A DNA stretch of 36,755 nucleotides from a virus (taxonomy: Duplodnaviria; Heunggongvirae; Uroviricota; Caudoviricetes): positions 1 through 36,755 of IMG/VR virus record IMGVR_UViG_2778261460_000001; one strand, given 5' to 3'. Below the pieces are notes generated by a model, which did no database searches, was not told the DNA's origin, and saw only the letters and a list, made by a program, of their open reading frames with translations. The stretch's first letter is position 1. The number at the start of each line of letters is the position of its first letter. The translations under genes and the position numbers were made by a program. Shown one piece after another: positions 10,858 to 20,572 of this stretch.

Positions 10858-11212
10858 CCAGTTCCGTACACTCCAGCAGCAGAAAGCGCCGCGCCCCGTT
10901 CAGATCACGCTGACGTTTCACCCGGTACACACTGTCATCACAGACCACCTCATAATCAGCAGTGATCCCCCGGCGGTAGCGAATGGTGATGTAATGGGTG
11001 ATGGCGTCTCCGATCTGCGCGGTTTCCTGCCAGGTGGTGGCACTGGTCTGGATAACCTTCGCCCATGCCCGGAACGCAACCGGGTATTGAGGCTCCACGC
11101 CAAAGTTATCCGCGGGCATATCCACCCGCTGGCGGATCAGGACGCGTTTATTCAGTTCGCCGGGGTCCGGCAGAATGTAGGTTGCGCTGGTCTGCGCCTG
11201 ACGAATTTTCAT
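10802..11212 (-). CDS. Head-tail adaptor / head closure protein
   Basis: 136-aa ORF downstream of the gp6-like connector gene with a 4-nt overlap. Position matches head closure proteins of HK97-like heads. Confidence 0.4.
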   Translation of the reverse strand: MKIRQAQTSATYILPDPGELNKRVLIRQRVDMPADNFGVEPQYPVAFRAWAKVIQTSATTWQETAQIGDAITHYITIRYRRGITADYEVVCDDSVYRVKRQRDLNGARRFLLLECTELGAEEQMGGRSGADSIFTR

Positions 11213-11532
11213 TGCGGAAAGTACCTGTACGGGCCGACAAGCCAGCCAAAACTCTGCGGCATGTCGAGTTTCTCCACTTCCGTAACCGACGAGCGGTTTT
11301 CGTAAAAATGGCTGATAAGCATCAGCATCCCCAGACGAATATCATCCGGCAGGTGCAGCCCGTCTGGATCGCTGTCCGGAATGGTTTCATCCGGTGCATA
11401 GAGCTTCCGGTTCAGATACGTTTCCGTCCGCTTTTGCGCCGCACAGGCCAGCAGTTGCAGATGGCGGTCATCAGCATCGAAATCCTCATCCAGCCGGAGT
11501 TGGGCTTTAATCTCTTCCATTGTCAGAAGCAT
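11209..11532 (-). CDS. gp6-like head-tail connector protein
   Basis: 107-aa acidic ORF (MLLTMEEIKAQLRLDEDFDADD...) shortly after the capsid gene, typical of gp6-like connector proteins. Confidence 0.45.
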   Translation of the reverse strand: MLLTMEEIKAQLRLDEDFDADDRHLQLLACAAQKRTETYLNRKLYAPDETIPDSDPDGLHLPDDIRLGMLMLISHFYENRSSVTEVEKLDMPQSFGWLVGPYRYFPQ

Positions 11533-11534
11533 AC

Positions 11535-11735
11535 TCAGCCCTCTTTACTGGTCGTGGCTTTTTTCTCTTTTGCCGCTTTACTGCTTTTTGCACTGATTCC
11601 GCGCTCTGCTAACCCGGCCTGAAGTGCAATCTCCTGCACCCGGGCAGGAAGCGCCCCGTCGTCATACTCACCGGCCCGAATGACCTCAACACGCATACCG
11701 TCCGGTGACCATTTCAGATCTTGTTTCAGGATCAT
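11535..11735 (-). CDS. Small hypothetical head-module protein
   Basis: 66-aa ORF between the capsid and connector genes; no recognisable motif. Confidence 0.25.
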   Translation of the reverse strand: MILKQDLKWSPDGMRVEVIRAGEYDDGALPARVQEIALQAGLAERGISAKSSKAAKEKKATTSKEG

Positions 11736-11784
11736 GATTCTTCACCCGTCAGAACAGGGGGCGCGGTTCCGCGCCCCTGAGTGA

Positions 11785-12990
11785 TTACGCCGCTGCAATC
11801 TTCAGCAGTTTGATGGCCTGCGAATCGACCAGCATCCCGCCGGTGCGCTTGGTGGTATAAAAACCGACAAACGGTTTATTGGTGTACGGGTCACGCAGAA
11901 TGCGGGTGCCGATACGGTCAACGATGGTGTAACCCCGTTTGAAGTTACCAAATGCAATGGCTTTCGCATCAGCGGCGATATCCGGCATCTGTTCGTTTTC
12001 AGCGATACCGTAACCCGCCAGAGAGGACGGCTGCCCCAGCTCCAGCCCCGGACGCCACAGATAGTTACCCTCGCTGTCTTTCAGCAGACGGATGGCAAAC
12101 AGGCTATTGTTGTTCATCATGAACTTCGCGCCGGTGCGGTGTGCCTTACGCAGCGTGTAAATCAGTTTGATAATGGCGTCTGCGGTCACCGCCGTCGCGT
12201 CGCCGGATACAATATGCTGAAGTTTGCCGAACGCCCGGACCTTATCGGTTTCATCCGTGGATTCATACGCCAGGAACCCTTTCGGCTTCTTGGTACCATC
12301 GCCGGTGGTAAAGGCAATTTCTTCCTGTTCGGCAAATTCGGTTGCCAGCTCGCTGTTGATCCATGCTTCCACGTTGAAAAAGGCATCATCCAGCATTTTC
12401 TGGGTGGCCTGCGGGTTACCGTAGATTTCCCCCATGAAAGGTTCAATCAGGCCCAGTTTTGAGGTGGCAGTCTGGGAGCGCGCGTCAGTCTCGCCAACCC
12501 ATCCGGAAGCCGTGCCGCCCAGATTCACCAGTTTTTTGTAGTCGGAACCACCAACGGTGATCACCGTGGCTTCCTGGCGCATCACCACTTCATCTTTCAG
12601 CAGGGTGAGAATGTTGCGATCCAGTGCTTCCGGCACGGCATAGCCGCCGTCTTCATCGGTGCCCACCTGTAATGCCTTGCGCTCCAGATCGCGCAGACCA
12701 TCTTCACGGCCTTTACGCAGGAAGCCCACAAACGCTTCTTTATGCTCGGTGGCCAGTTTATTTTGCGCACCACCTGCCGGACGTTTCAGCTCAAGCAGCT
12801 CTTTTTCAAGATCGCTTTTGAGGTTTTCCAGCTCGCTGAGTTTCCCGTTCAGGGTTTCCACCTGCCCGGCAAGCTTGCCTTTTTCCTGCTCAATCGCATC
12901 CACGCGCTTGTCGTTCTTTGCTTTGAAGTCGTCAAACTTCTGCTGCAGCTCCTGCGCGACCTGTTCGACATCTTTAATATCAACCGCCAT
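11785..12990 (-). CDS. Major capsid protein, HK97 family
   Basis: 401-aa ORF with an N-terminal coiled-coil delta domain (…KLAGQVETLNGKLSELENLKSDLEKELLELK…) followed by a capsid fold region, placed after the protease and portal genes. Confidence 0.8.
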   Translation of the reverse strand: MAVDIKDVEQVAQELQQKFDDFKAKNDKRVDAIEQEKGKLAGQVETLNGKLSELENLKSDLEKELLELKRPAGGAQNKLATEHKEAFVGFLRKGREDGLRDLERKALQVGTDEDGGYAVPEALDRNILTLLKDEVVMRQEATVITVGGSDYKKLVNLGGTASGWVGETDARSQTATSKLGLIEPFMGEIYGNPQATQKMLDDAFFNVEAWINSELATEFAEQEEIAFTTGDGTKKPKGFLAYESTDETDKVRAFGKLQHIVSGDATAVTADAIIKLIYTLRKAHRTGAKFMMNNNSLFAIRLLKDSEGNYLWRPGLELGQPSSLAGYGIAENEQMPDIAADAKAIAFGNFKRGYTIVDRIGTRILRDPYTNKPFVGFYTTKRTGGMLVDSQAIKLLKIAAA

Positions 12991-13004
12991 CGTATTTCTC
13001 CTGA

Positions 13005-13691
13005 TTAGAAGTTCAGATTTTTCAGTGCATTCAGTGCAGAGCCCACATCCTCAGCGTCGCGCAGGGACAGTGCGCCATAGCCCCCGGCCATGAATGCTTT
13101 GGCCTGGGTACGGGAGAGTCCGACATCACGCAGGACTCTTTCGATTTTTTTCTGTTCGGGGATTTCCCCGCGGGCCAGTGCGTTCTTGACGTCGCTGATC
13201 CGCGCCTCGTCGTTAGACGGGAACGTCACCAGGCTGACTTCCCAGAGGTCGATTTCTTTCAGCAGAAAGGCTTCTTTGCTCCGGTCGTATTCCCAGTCTT
13301 TCAGGACGTACCCAATAGAAAGGCCGGTTAACGAACCGGCCTTCATGTGTGCATGTGCGCGTTTTGCGAGGGGATCATCATCAATAAGCAACCGTCCCCT
13401 GACGTAAAGCCCGACATCGTCTTCCTTCATTTCGGTGTAAACACCGATGGGTTCATCCATGCGGTGCTGCCAGAGCAGCGCAGGTAACGCTTTTCTGTCA
13501 CTCCACGCCCGCAGGGAAGCAGCAAATGCCCCGGACATCACCACATCATCGTGGCTGTCCTTTACACCAAAGACGGAGCCATACCCTTCAAACTCACCGG
13601 AGTCACTGACAGATTTCAGACTCAGCGGTACATCAAGACGTTGTTTCGTCTGCATTGGCGTTATCCTTCTGCTTACCGGCTTTACTGCCAT
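13005..13691 (-). CDS. Prohead protease, HK97 family
   Basis: 228-aa ORF between portal and capsid. The N-terminal region (…GYGSVFGVKDSHDDVVMSGAF…) resembles the prohead protease signature. Confidence 0.7.
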   Translation of the reverse strand: MAVKPVSRRITPMQTKQRLDVPLSLKSVSDSGEFEGYGSVFGVKDSHDDVVMSGAFAASLRAWSDRKALPALLWQHRMDEPIGVYTEMKEDDVGLYVRGRLLIDDDPLAKRAHAHMKAGSLTGLSIGYVLKDWEYDRSKEAFLLKEIDLWEVSLVTFPSNDEARISDVKNALARGEIPEQKKIERVLRDVGLSRTQAKAFMAGGYGALSLRDAEDVGSALNALKNLNF

Positions 13692-14874
13692 CGGAGGGTT
13701 TCGTGGTCATGTTCATCGGTGTGAGATAGACATCACCACCGGGACGCGGATTCATATCTTCCAGGTCGCGGCAGTCATTGGGAGAGTAAATTCCCCAGTT
13801 AATCCCGGTGGCGTAGGCTTCAAAACGGGACTTCATATCCCCGCGCAGTAACGCCCCGGCGTTAAATTTGGCGTAATAAACGCCCTGCTTACTTTTTCGT
13901 ACCAGTCCGGTGTTGATCCGCTGTTCGATGCGGGTCAGATACGGCACCAGTGAATAGTTGATAAATCCCAGCCCCAGTTCTTCGATATTGTTGAAGGTGG
14001 CGCGATCGGTGTTCTGCACCATGTGCAACGGTACCCGGAACAGACGACAGATTTCTTCAAGCTGAAACTTGCGGGTTTCCAGGAACTGGCTGTCCTCGGC
14101 GTTCAGCGCCATCGACTTCCAGTCCAGCCCCATCTCAAGGATCATCGGGCGGTGAGCATTGCCAAGCCCGGTGTGACGCTCCTCAAAATCTTTCTTCAGG
14201 CGCTCATAAGCCTGATCTGACAGCGTCTGCTCTGTACGCAACACACCCGACGTCACCGCGCCATTGCTGAACAGTCTGGCCCCGTGCTCTTCGGTCGCTG
14301 CCGCCAGCGATATTGCCTCGCGGGCATAGGCGATGGGATTCAGCCCCACCAGTCCGTCCAGCGTCAGCGTACGCACATGCCAGATATCCTCCTGGCTCAG
14401 TACATCCGTGGAGCCATCCGGGAATGTGACCTGATAGACCGGCTCCCAGCTACTGTTAAGCTTCGGTACCACACAGCCGGGATCGACGGGCAGCAGTTCA
14501 GCCACTTCGCCAAATGCTTTCACTTTGTAGGCGTAAAAGTTTCCCCGCAGGCACAGACAGGTGACCACCAGCTCCCAGAACTCCTGCGGCGTCATATAGC
14601 CATTGGGATGCGTGGAGATCAGCTTATGCAGACGTTCGCCAGTGGCTCTCTGCTTCAGGCTGCCGTTCAGGTGATACAGGTTGCAGGGCAACATCCCGAC
14701 CGACTCCGCCAGCACCCTGACGCAGGAAAAAACCGCCGTCAGTCGCATGGCCCTCTGGCTGCTGATCTGCTTTCCGGTATAGGTGTCGTATGACAGCCCG
14801 ATAGCATCCACCAGCTCTGCTGGCGTGGTCACCGGTGCGTCACTTTTTCGTTGAAATAATCCCGAAAAGAACAC
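13633..14874 (-). CDS. Portal protein, HK97 family
   Basis: 413-aa ORF immediately after the terminase large subunit region and before the protease gene. Confidence 0.7.
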   Translation of the reverse strand: MFFSGLFQRKSDAPVTTPAELVDAIGLSYDTYTGKQISSQRAMRLTAVFSCVRVLAESVGMLPCNLYHLNGSLKQRATGERLHKLISTHPNGYMTPQEFWELVVTCLCLRGNFYAYKVKAFGEVAELLPVDPGCVVPKLNSSWEPVYQVTFPDGSTDVLSQEDIWHVRTLTLDGLVGLNPIAYAREAISLAAATEEHGARLFSNGAVTSGVLRTEQTLSDQAYERLKKDFEERHTGLGNAHRPMILEMGLDWKSMALNAEDSQFLETRKFQLEEICRLFRVPLHMVQNTDRATFNNIEELGLGFINYSLVPYLTRIEQRINTGLVRKSKQGVYYAKFNAGALLRGDMKSRFEAYATGINWGIYSPNDCRDLEDMNPRPGGDVYLTPMNMTTKPSDGSKAGKQKDNANADETTS

Positions 14875-15056
14875 TATTTACCTCCACCAACAGACATCTG
14901 TGTACGGTCGAGATATCGCGCTACCAGCCACGACCAGAACAGGCACAACGCCCCGGCAACAACAAACCCCGCCGGGGGATAAATCAGCCAGGCACCATAC
15001 GCCAGCAAAAGCACCCCCAGCACGCCCACCAGAGGCGCGAGAATCAGCATGATCAT
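14874..15056 (-). CDS. Small hydrophobic protein of unknown function
   Basis: 60-aa ORF with two predicted transmembrane segments, lying between terminase and portal with its stop abutting the portal start. Confidence 0.3.
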   Translation of the reverse strand: MIMLILAPLVGVLGVLLLAYGAWLIYPPAGFVVAGALCLFWSWLVARYLDRTQMSVGGGK

Positions 15057-15067
15057 AATTACCTCAG

Positions 15068-16801
15068 TTAAAGCGAGCGGATCCCGTAGGACTCAATGTG
15101 GTCGGACAGCGTGTCTTCTTTCTCATACAGCATGGCTCTGCCAACCGCCATAATCAGCGCAACTGCACCATCGATTTTGTTTTCCGCCTGCTCTTTGACG
15201 GGCTTCACCACATCATCGTTACCCGGAATGGTTTTGCCGACCACGTTGCCGATACACCAGGTCATGATGGGATTGCCGTCATGATGAAAGCGCCCCGATT
15301 CAATTGCCGCTTCCAGCTCTTTCATCGGGTCGGACATGTTGGTGTAGTTCTGAATGATGGTGATGGGATTCAGGTCTTCATCAGCAAGGTCATGTGACAG
15401 CCCGGTCGCCCCGAAGGGGTCGATGGGTGACTCGCTGACCGGGCTGATTTTGTTCGCTGCTTTGGCCTCTTCGAGGATGTAGCGATAATCCACCTCTGCA
15501 CCATCGGTAACGGTCAGGACGCCCATTTCCACCCATTTCTGAAAGCGTTCGGCTGTCCGGCGATCTTCATTTTTCTCGACGCTGTACACCGTGTCATACG
15601 GTACCCAGAAACGCGGGGCCACACTGTAGTAATGCGTTTTACCGTCAATCTCGCGGGTATAAAGTCGCGCCATGCTGTTCATATCCAGCTTACGCGCCAG
15701 GTCAAAGGCCAGAATGCACGGCTGCCCCTCGAACTGCTCAAGGGTCAGTGATTTATCCTCGCAGCTCTGCCAGCTCACCAGGTTGAAATACGCCGAACGC
15801 GCCGACACCCAGATATTGAGGTGTTTTGTTTTAAAGACGTTTGCCAGACGGGCGTTATTTTTCGCACGCTGCTGCTGACTTAACAAAAATTCGCGATAAA
15901 CCGACACGCCAATATTTGGATTGGCTTTTTCCAGCACCTGCGGGTCGGTCCAGTCGTCACCTTCATCAACGGTATAGATGATCCCGAACAGTTCATCGTT
16001 GGGCACCGAGCCGTTGAGCATCTCGATGACTTCCCGCCGCTTGTCGTAGCACGGCCCCTCAATGTTGTACCCGGCAGTAGTAATGGCCCACATCAGTGGC
16101 TGACGTCGCGCCCCCATCCCGGTAAGCATCGTGGTGTAAAGCGCATCGGTGGCGTGCTCGTGATATTCATCCACCACCGCACAGTGGGGTGATGATCCAT
16201 CACCGGGGTTACCGATCAGCGGTTCAAACCGCGCGCCATCCTCCGGACGGTTCATGTTTGAGGCGTTAACCTCAATCCCGAACGCTTCCGTCAGCATGGG
16301 CGTGCGTTTACACATCAGTCGCGCCGGGCGAAAGACTTCCCACGCCTGTTTCTCTGTCGTGGCACCGGAATACACTTCCGCGCCAAACTCGTTATCACAG
16401 GCAAAACAATACAGGGCGACACCGGCAGAGATTGCCGATTTGCCGTTCTTACGGGGGATTTCGGTATACACCTCCCGGAAGCGGCGCAGCCGGGAGCCTT
16501 TATTGACCCAGCCAAACGCACAGCAGATCACAAAGAGCTGCCACGGCTCCAGCGTGATGGGCATCCTCTTGAATGCCCACTCACCCTTGGTGTGCGGCAA
16601 CAGCTGAATAAATTTGGCGGCCCGTTCAGCCAGGTCCTTGTCGAAGCGGTAACGAAACGACTTACTTTTTTCCGCCATCAGGTCATCAAGATGGCGCTGG
16701 CAGGCCTGAATCACAAACTGGCAGGCCACAATCTTTCCGCGAACGACATCCCGGGCATACTGATTGGCAGCATTTACGTTGGGGTAAGATTTCCGGCTCA
16801 T
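15068..16801 (-). CDS. Terminase large subunit
   Basis: 577-aa ORF with a Walker A-like P-loop (…[11 protein letters not shown]…) and a C-terminal nuclease-like region. It overlaps the small subunit gene by 4 nt. Confidence 0.85.
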   Translation of the reverse strand: MSRKSYPNVNAANQYARDVVRGKIVACQFVIQACQRHLDDLMAEKSKSFRYRFDKDLAERAAKFIQLLPHTKGEWAFKRMPITLEPWQLFVICCAFGWVNKGSRLRRFREVYTEIPRKNGKSAISAGVALYCFACDNEFGAEVYSGATTEKQAWEVFRPARLMCKRTPMLTEAFGIEVNASNMNRPEDGARFEPLIGNPGDGSSPHCAVVDEYHEHATDALYTTMLTGMGARRQPLMWAITTAGYNIEGPCYDKRREVIEMLNGSVPNDELFGIIYTVDEGDDWTDPQVLEKANPNIGVSVYREFLLSQQQRAKNNARLANVFKTKHLNIWVSARSAYFNLVSWQSCEDKSLTLEQFEGQPCILAFDLARKLDMNSMARLYTREIDGKTHYYSVAPRFWVPYDTVYSVEKNEDRRTAERFQKWVEMGVLTVTDGAEVDYRYILEEAKAANKISPVSESPIDPFGATGLSHDLADEDLNPITIIQNYTNMSDPMKELEAAIESGRFHHDGNPIMTWCIGNVVGKTIPGNDDVVKPVKEQAENKIDGAVALIMAVGRAMLYEKEDTLSDHIESYGIRSL

Positions 16802-17301
16802 GATTCGATGATTTTCAGAAACGGGTTAGTAGCTTTCTTCTGCCCCGCCAGGCCAATCAGACGCTGGCGGCTGCTGGGGTCGAGTCCGAGCATTGCCCCC
16901 GTGCTGCTCATCTCGGACTCCTGTTCTTTTTTGGCGGTCAGCTCAGGATTTTTGACCATACCGCCCATTGCACCGGTGATGGTGTTGCCCTGCCTGGCAA
17001 TATTTTTCACGGCACGTCGCCAGAACTCATAGGCCACACACCACCGCTCAAGCACCGCGAGGTCAGTCACGCACAGCAGGCCCTGACCGCAAAGTTCTTT
17101 AGTTGTCAATTGCCACATGATCGTGGCGAGAGGGAGATCTTCTTCAGCGAACCACTCCGGTGGCTCAACACCTTTGATGGGCGTAAAAACAGGTTCATCT
17201 TTATTCAGGGCTCGCTTGCCGGGGTTTCCGGCCAGCGCCTTGCGCGCCGTTGGCTTGGGGCGACGCCCGGAACGCCCCGCCGTTCCAGCCATATGCGGCA
17301 C
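16798..17301 (-). CDS. Terminase small subunit (P27-like)
   Basis: 167-aa ORF directly upstream of and overlapping the terminase large subunit, with a basic N-terminus. Confidence 0.65.
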   Translation of the reverse strand: MPHMAGTAGRSGRRPKPTARKALAGNPGKRALNKDEPVFTPIKGVEPPEWFAEEDLPLATIMWQLTTKELCGQGLLCVTDLAVLERWCVAYEFWRRAVKNIARQGNTITGAMGGMVKNPELTAKKEQESEMSSTGAMLGLDPSSRQRLIGLAGQKKATNPFLKIIES

Positions 17302-17417
17302 TCCTGGTTAAATTTCATTTTTCGCGGGTATATAAAAACGATGGGGCGGGCAGTCCGGAAGACGTCAGGCTGCAGGGATTTGACCCGCCCCTCCCCTCAG
17401 GCAGTTGAGAATTATTA

Positions 17418-17768
17418 TCACTTTAACCGTTCACGGGCCGTCTTCGCCTTATGACACGGCCAGCACAGACTCTGCAGATTACTGTCAGCATCAGTGCCGC
17501 CATGCGCTTTAGGGATGATGTGGTCAACAGTTTTCGCCTCACGCACCACACCAGCACGCAGACATAACTGACACAGGCCTTTGTCACGCTTCAGAACACG
17601 CGCGCGGATACTGTCCCACTTCGAACCGTAGCCGCGCTGATGACGGGATTGTCCAGGTTTGTATTGCTTCCAGCCTTCGCTTTTGTGGCTTTCGCAGTAG
17701 CCTGAAGGGTCAGTAGTGGTATGGCGGCAGCCGCGAACACGGCAGGCTTTCGGGGTTCGTGGCGGCAT
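17418..17768 (-). CDS. HNH endonuclease (terminase-associated)
   Basis: 116-aa ORF with Cys pairs and an HNH-type motif (…CQLCLRAG…VDHIIPKAHGGTD…NLQSLCWPCH…), immediately upstream of the terminase genes. Confidence 0.8.
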   Translation of the reverse strand: MPPRTPKACRVRGCRHTTTDPSGYCESHKSEGWKQYKPGQSRHQRGYGSKWDSIRARVLKRDKGLCQLCLRAGVVREAKTVDHIIPKAHGGTDADSNLQSLCWPCHKAKTARERLK

Positions 17769-17816
17769 TAATGCTTCCCTTTAAGTTATTACGATGGAAC
17801 AGACCATAGAAATGGC

Positions 17817-17841
17817 AATAAAAAACCGCCCGGAGGCGGTT
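17817..17841 (-). terminator. Rho-independent terminator-like hairpin
   Basis: GC stem CCGCC/GGCGG with CGGA loop at 17826-17839, followed on the minus strand by a U-run (plus-strand A-run 17819-17825). It lies just downstream of the minus-strand gene ending at 17861. Confidence 0.5.
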
Positions 17842-17860
17842 CAATTATCATCTCGATAAA

Positions 17861-18181
17861 CTAAATCAGATCACCAATGTATTTTGCACTAATTGAAATT
17901 TGCATCTGAGGCATTCCGACCACAGATCCATTTAACAGGTAATCACGTCCTCGTTCCTGCAAAGAAAGACTCAATTCAAAGTTCTTTACCCCAGGGAAAA
18001 CCGAGGTGACATTTAAATCATGCTGCGATACGCGCAGAATAAGTTGGCTACCGTCAATTTTTCCCTGATACGTAAAACCAAAATCTCCGCCGTTTACTGC
18101 ATTGTTTTTGACAACTACGGTACCATTACCAAAATCACGTTGATTGCTTCTGAAAACAACAAAATAGATACCATCTTTCAT
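17861..18181 (-). CDS. Hypothetical protein (AT-rich moron between lysis and packaging modules)
   Basis: 106-aa ORF with lower GC than its neighbours, in the position where lambdoid phages often carry morons after the lysis cassette, and followed by the terminator above. Confidence 0.35.
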   Translation of the reverse strand: MKDGIYFVVFRSNQRDFGNGTVVVKNNAVNGGDFGFTYQGKIDGSQLILRVSQHDLNVTSVFPGVKNFELSLSLQERGRDYLLNGSVVGMPQMQISISAKYIGDLI

Positions 18182-18273
18182 GTGTAAAGCCCTTTAAAAG
18201 AGTCACCAAAATCAGGTGCTTTGTATCTATTGGGCCATCACATATCAAATCAAGGAACAAAACAAAGTTAACA

Positions 18274-18543
18274 TCATTTTTTTTGCATGATGTGACCACG
18301 CTCAACTTCAATCCTTCTGATGTCAGCTTTATCGGTATTACACTGCGCCAATGCAGACAACAAGGCGACATTCAGATCTAAGCTCGAGCCCCACGTAAAA
18401 TGATCAGGTAAATCAGGCTGAGGGGTTTCAGCCGTCAGGCTGGCTGGTAACGGAACTACCGGAACCTGGACGTAAACTGTTCGCGTACTTCCGCAACCGG
18501 TCAGCAGCGGCAGCAGGCACAGGACGTGAAGCACAATCATCAT
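18274..18543 (-). CDS. Outer-membrane spanin lipoprotein (Rz1-like)
   Basis: Internal Met-Met start at 18543/18540 gives MMIVLHVLCLLPLLTGCGS with a lipobox (LTGC), then a Pro-rich segment. Overlaps the 3' end of the Rz-like gene in another frame. Confidence 0.55.
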   Translation of the reverse strand: MMIVLHVLCLLPLLTGCGSTRTVYVQVPVVPLPASLTAETPQPDLPDHFTWGSSLDLNVALLSALAQCNTDKADIRRIEVERGHIMQKK

Positions 18544-18820
18544 CCGCAACAGCCACTTTGATATCTTCCTGGGTTCTCTGTGACTCCAGTGCGATCTGCT
18601 GTTTTGCATGTTGATTCGCCTCCTGAATGATGTTCGTTATTGCCATAGTACGCAGAACATTCGCGGTGATAGCCTCAGTAGAATCAGCTCGCTGTTCCGC
18701 AGCATCAGCACGCTTCTGCTCCTCCAGAAACTTTCCATGATAGTGATTCGCTGACCAGACAAGACCACCAGCGACACAAGCAATAAACGTTAAAATGAGC
18801 GCCCAATAACTCATCTTCAT
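18428..18820 (-). CDS. Inner-membrane spanin (Rz-like)
   Basis: 130-aa ORF with an N-terminal transmembrane helix (YWALILTFIACVAGGLVW) and a charged helical periplasmic region, downstream of the endolysin with a 4-nt overlap. Confidence 0.6.
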   Translation of the reverse strand: MKMSYWALILTFIACVAGGLVWSANHYHGKFLEEQKRADAAEQRADSTEAITANVLRTMAITNIIQEANQHAKQQIALESQRTQEDIKVAVADDDCASRPVPAAAADRLRKYANSLRPGSGSSVTSQPDG

Positions 18821-19431
18821 ACCAGCAGCGCCGCCCGCGCCTTGTTGTATCGGACCTTACGATCCTCAATACCGTTCAAACCGCCGTTAATGATGCGCGT
18901 AACACGGTTAATATCGGCACCGTAGATCATGCAACCTTTAGAGGTGTAGAACCATGCAGCTGAGCGCGCAGCCTGTAGTTCCTGTTCCAGTTGTTCAGGT
19001 GAAGTCACCAGATCTAACTTCAGCGCCGCGCCACAGATGCGATAATTATGGAGGCCAGTGATTTGAATTAATCCTCTACCACGATATTTCCAGCCATCAC
19101 CTGGTGCTTTGTTACCCAGTCGGTTGCTATACACCAGATTGGCAATAGCATCCTGACGAGCTGCATGTCCGGATGTTCTGCCAAGGGCATCAGCCTGCTG
19201 CTGTGTGATCCTCTTTCCGAACGTCGCCACCAGCGCAGATGGTGTGTAGTTAAAATTTTCAACTACGGCGCTAAACCCCATCGACTCATGGCCTACCTGA
19301 GCGATAAACATTGCCTGATCCGCTGGTGCTGTAATGCCGAATTCCTTCATCGCCGCATCAATGTGCGGAAACCAGCGCGCAGCCAGCCCGGCGCTAATAC
19401 CAGCCGCCTTTTGAAATAATTGTTGGTTCAT
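18817..19431 (-). CDS. Endolysin (glycoside hydrolase family 19-like lysozyme)
   Basis: 204-aa ORF with a GH19-type signature (…KYRGRGLIQITGLHNY…), flanked by holin-like and spanin genes. Confidence 0.75.
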   Translation of the reverse strand: MNQQLFQKAAGISAGLAARWFPHIDAAMKEFGITAPADQAMFIAQVGHESMGFSAVVENFNYTPSALVATFGKRITQQQADALGRTSGHAARQDAIANLVYSNRLGNKAPGDGWKYRGRGLIQITGLHNYRICGAALKLDLVTSPEQLEQELQAARSAAWFYTSKGCMIYGADINRVTRIINGGLNGIEDRKVRYNKARAALLV

Positions 19432-19712
19432 TAGTGCCTCAGATGATCAACCAGACGTGCAACGTTGCCTCTGACGGCCACCAGCACGGAAAGAAAAATA
19501 GTGTTCGCCACGATAATGGGCCATGAGGAATGGGGATAAATCCCACAGAGATAGGCCAACGGAACAGCACTGTATGTAACAGTAATCAGCCAGGCTAAAC
19601 GTGAAACCCAAGGACGATGCCGCGAATCACCACGACGATAAAACATCAGAGTAATAACAACACAAGCACATAACAGCGCATTTATAGTTGCTGTCGGGTC
19701 ATTTAGCTCCAC
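19431..19712 (-). CDS. Holin/antiholin-like membrane protein
   Basis: 93-aa ORF with about three predicted transmembrane helices, directly upstream of the endolysin. Confidence 0.5.
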   Translation of the reverse strand: MELNDPTATINALLCACVVITLMFYRRGDSRHRPWVSRLAWLITVTYSAVPLAYLCGIYPHSSWPIIVANTIFLSVLVAVRGNVARLVDHLRH

Positions 19713-20085
19713 CTGAACCTCCCCGGCGCGTTATGAGCGCCACCAGCGAGCCGATATCCTGATTATTCAGGAACGTCAGGATTTTAACGGCTAAAGCAGA
19801 GACGATTACGGCACCAATAGCATCCAGAGGTTTATCACTGTATCCGGTCAAGTTCGCCAGCTTGGAGCCAACCAACCCAGAGCAAAGAATCCCGGCAATA
19901 TATGACACGATAAAATATGCCAGTCGGCGCGATGCACTCAGATCTGCTGCTGTTGCTATGTAGAATACAGCCCCTGCAAATGCGCCAAATACAACGCCGT
20001 AATCAGTTCCGGTCAGCAGTCCATAAACACTGGCACCCGTCAGGGCACCACCAGCCAGCCCAGTACCGGAAATCGGATCGGACAT
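19699..20085 (-). CDS. Holin-like membrane protein
   Basis: 128-aa Gly/Ala-rich ORF with multiple predicted transmembrane helices, the first membrane gene of the lysis cassette. Confidence 0.45.
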   Translation of the reverse strand: MSDPISGTGLAGGALTGASVYGLLTGTDYGVVFGAFAGAVFYIATAADLSASRRLAYFIVSYIAGILCSGLVGSKLANLTGYSDKPLDAIGAVIVSALAVKILTFLNNQDIGSLVALITRRGGSGGAK

Positions 20086-20164
20086 TTAGCCCCCTCTTAA
20101 TTGCTGTTGGTCCTCTCAGATATGAGGGGAAGGGATCTTAATGACAGTCTGTTTATTATTTCAG

Positions 20165-20422
20165 TCAAATACTACCCTGTTGATGATTTCTCAGAAGCGA
20201 ACTTGACTCCCAGGGGAAACTCAACTTTCCGTTAAAACCACCAGCAGACATTCGTTCAATTTCCACAGAAATATCACTGAGCCGTTCTTCAAGCTCTGCT
20301 TTTTCTTTTACCAGACGGTTATAGCGGCTTAGATGAAGCTTTTGCTGCTCCAGCCAGTCTTCAAGCTGTTCAACAGTCATACCAGGGTTAAAAAAATATG
20401 GCTGCTGCTTTTCGCCCTGCAT
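20165..20422 (-). CDS. Small late-operon protein, unknown function
   Basis: Start revised to the ATG at 20422, which has a GGAGG Shine-Dalgarno 6 nt upstream (plus-strand CCTCC 20429-20433). The track start at 20491 would run through the terminator hairpin. Confidence 0.35.
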   Translation of the reverse strand: MQGEKQQPYFFNPGMTVEQLEDWLEQQKLHLSRYNRLVKEKAELEERLSDISVEIERMSAGGFNGKLSFPWESSSLLRNHQQGSI

Positions 20423-20430
20423 TATTGACC

Positions 20431-20462
20431 TCCAGAAAAGCAAAAACCCCGCCGAAGCGAGG
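20431..20462 (-). terminator. tR'-like terminator downstream of the late promoter
   Basis: On the minus strand: stem CCTCGC / GCGGGG (one G-U pair) with a TTCG tetraloop, followed by a UUUUUGCUUUUCU tract. Located between the Q-like gene and the first late gene. Confidence 0.45.
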
Positions 20463-20572
20463 TTTGTTATGATTTCGTTAACGGCAGACATACAAAGCCC
20501 ATCGTTAGGAGAATCCTAACCATATTTTTTGAAAAATGCAAGCATCATGTCGCCATCTTCGGCGAAAATCAT

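Noticed and set aside
12139-13093. Plus-strand ORFs antisense to the capsid and protease genes (for example 12659..13093, 144 aa)
   Set aside because: They are Ser/Arg/Leu-rich low-complexity translations antisense to strongly supported structural genes.
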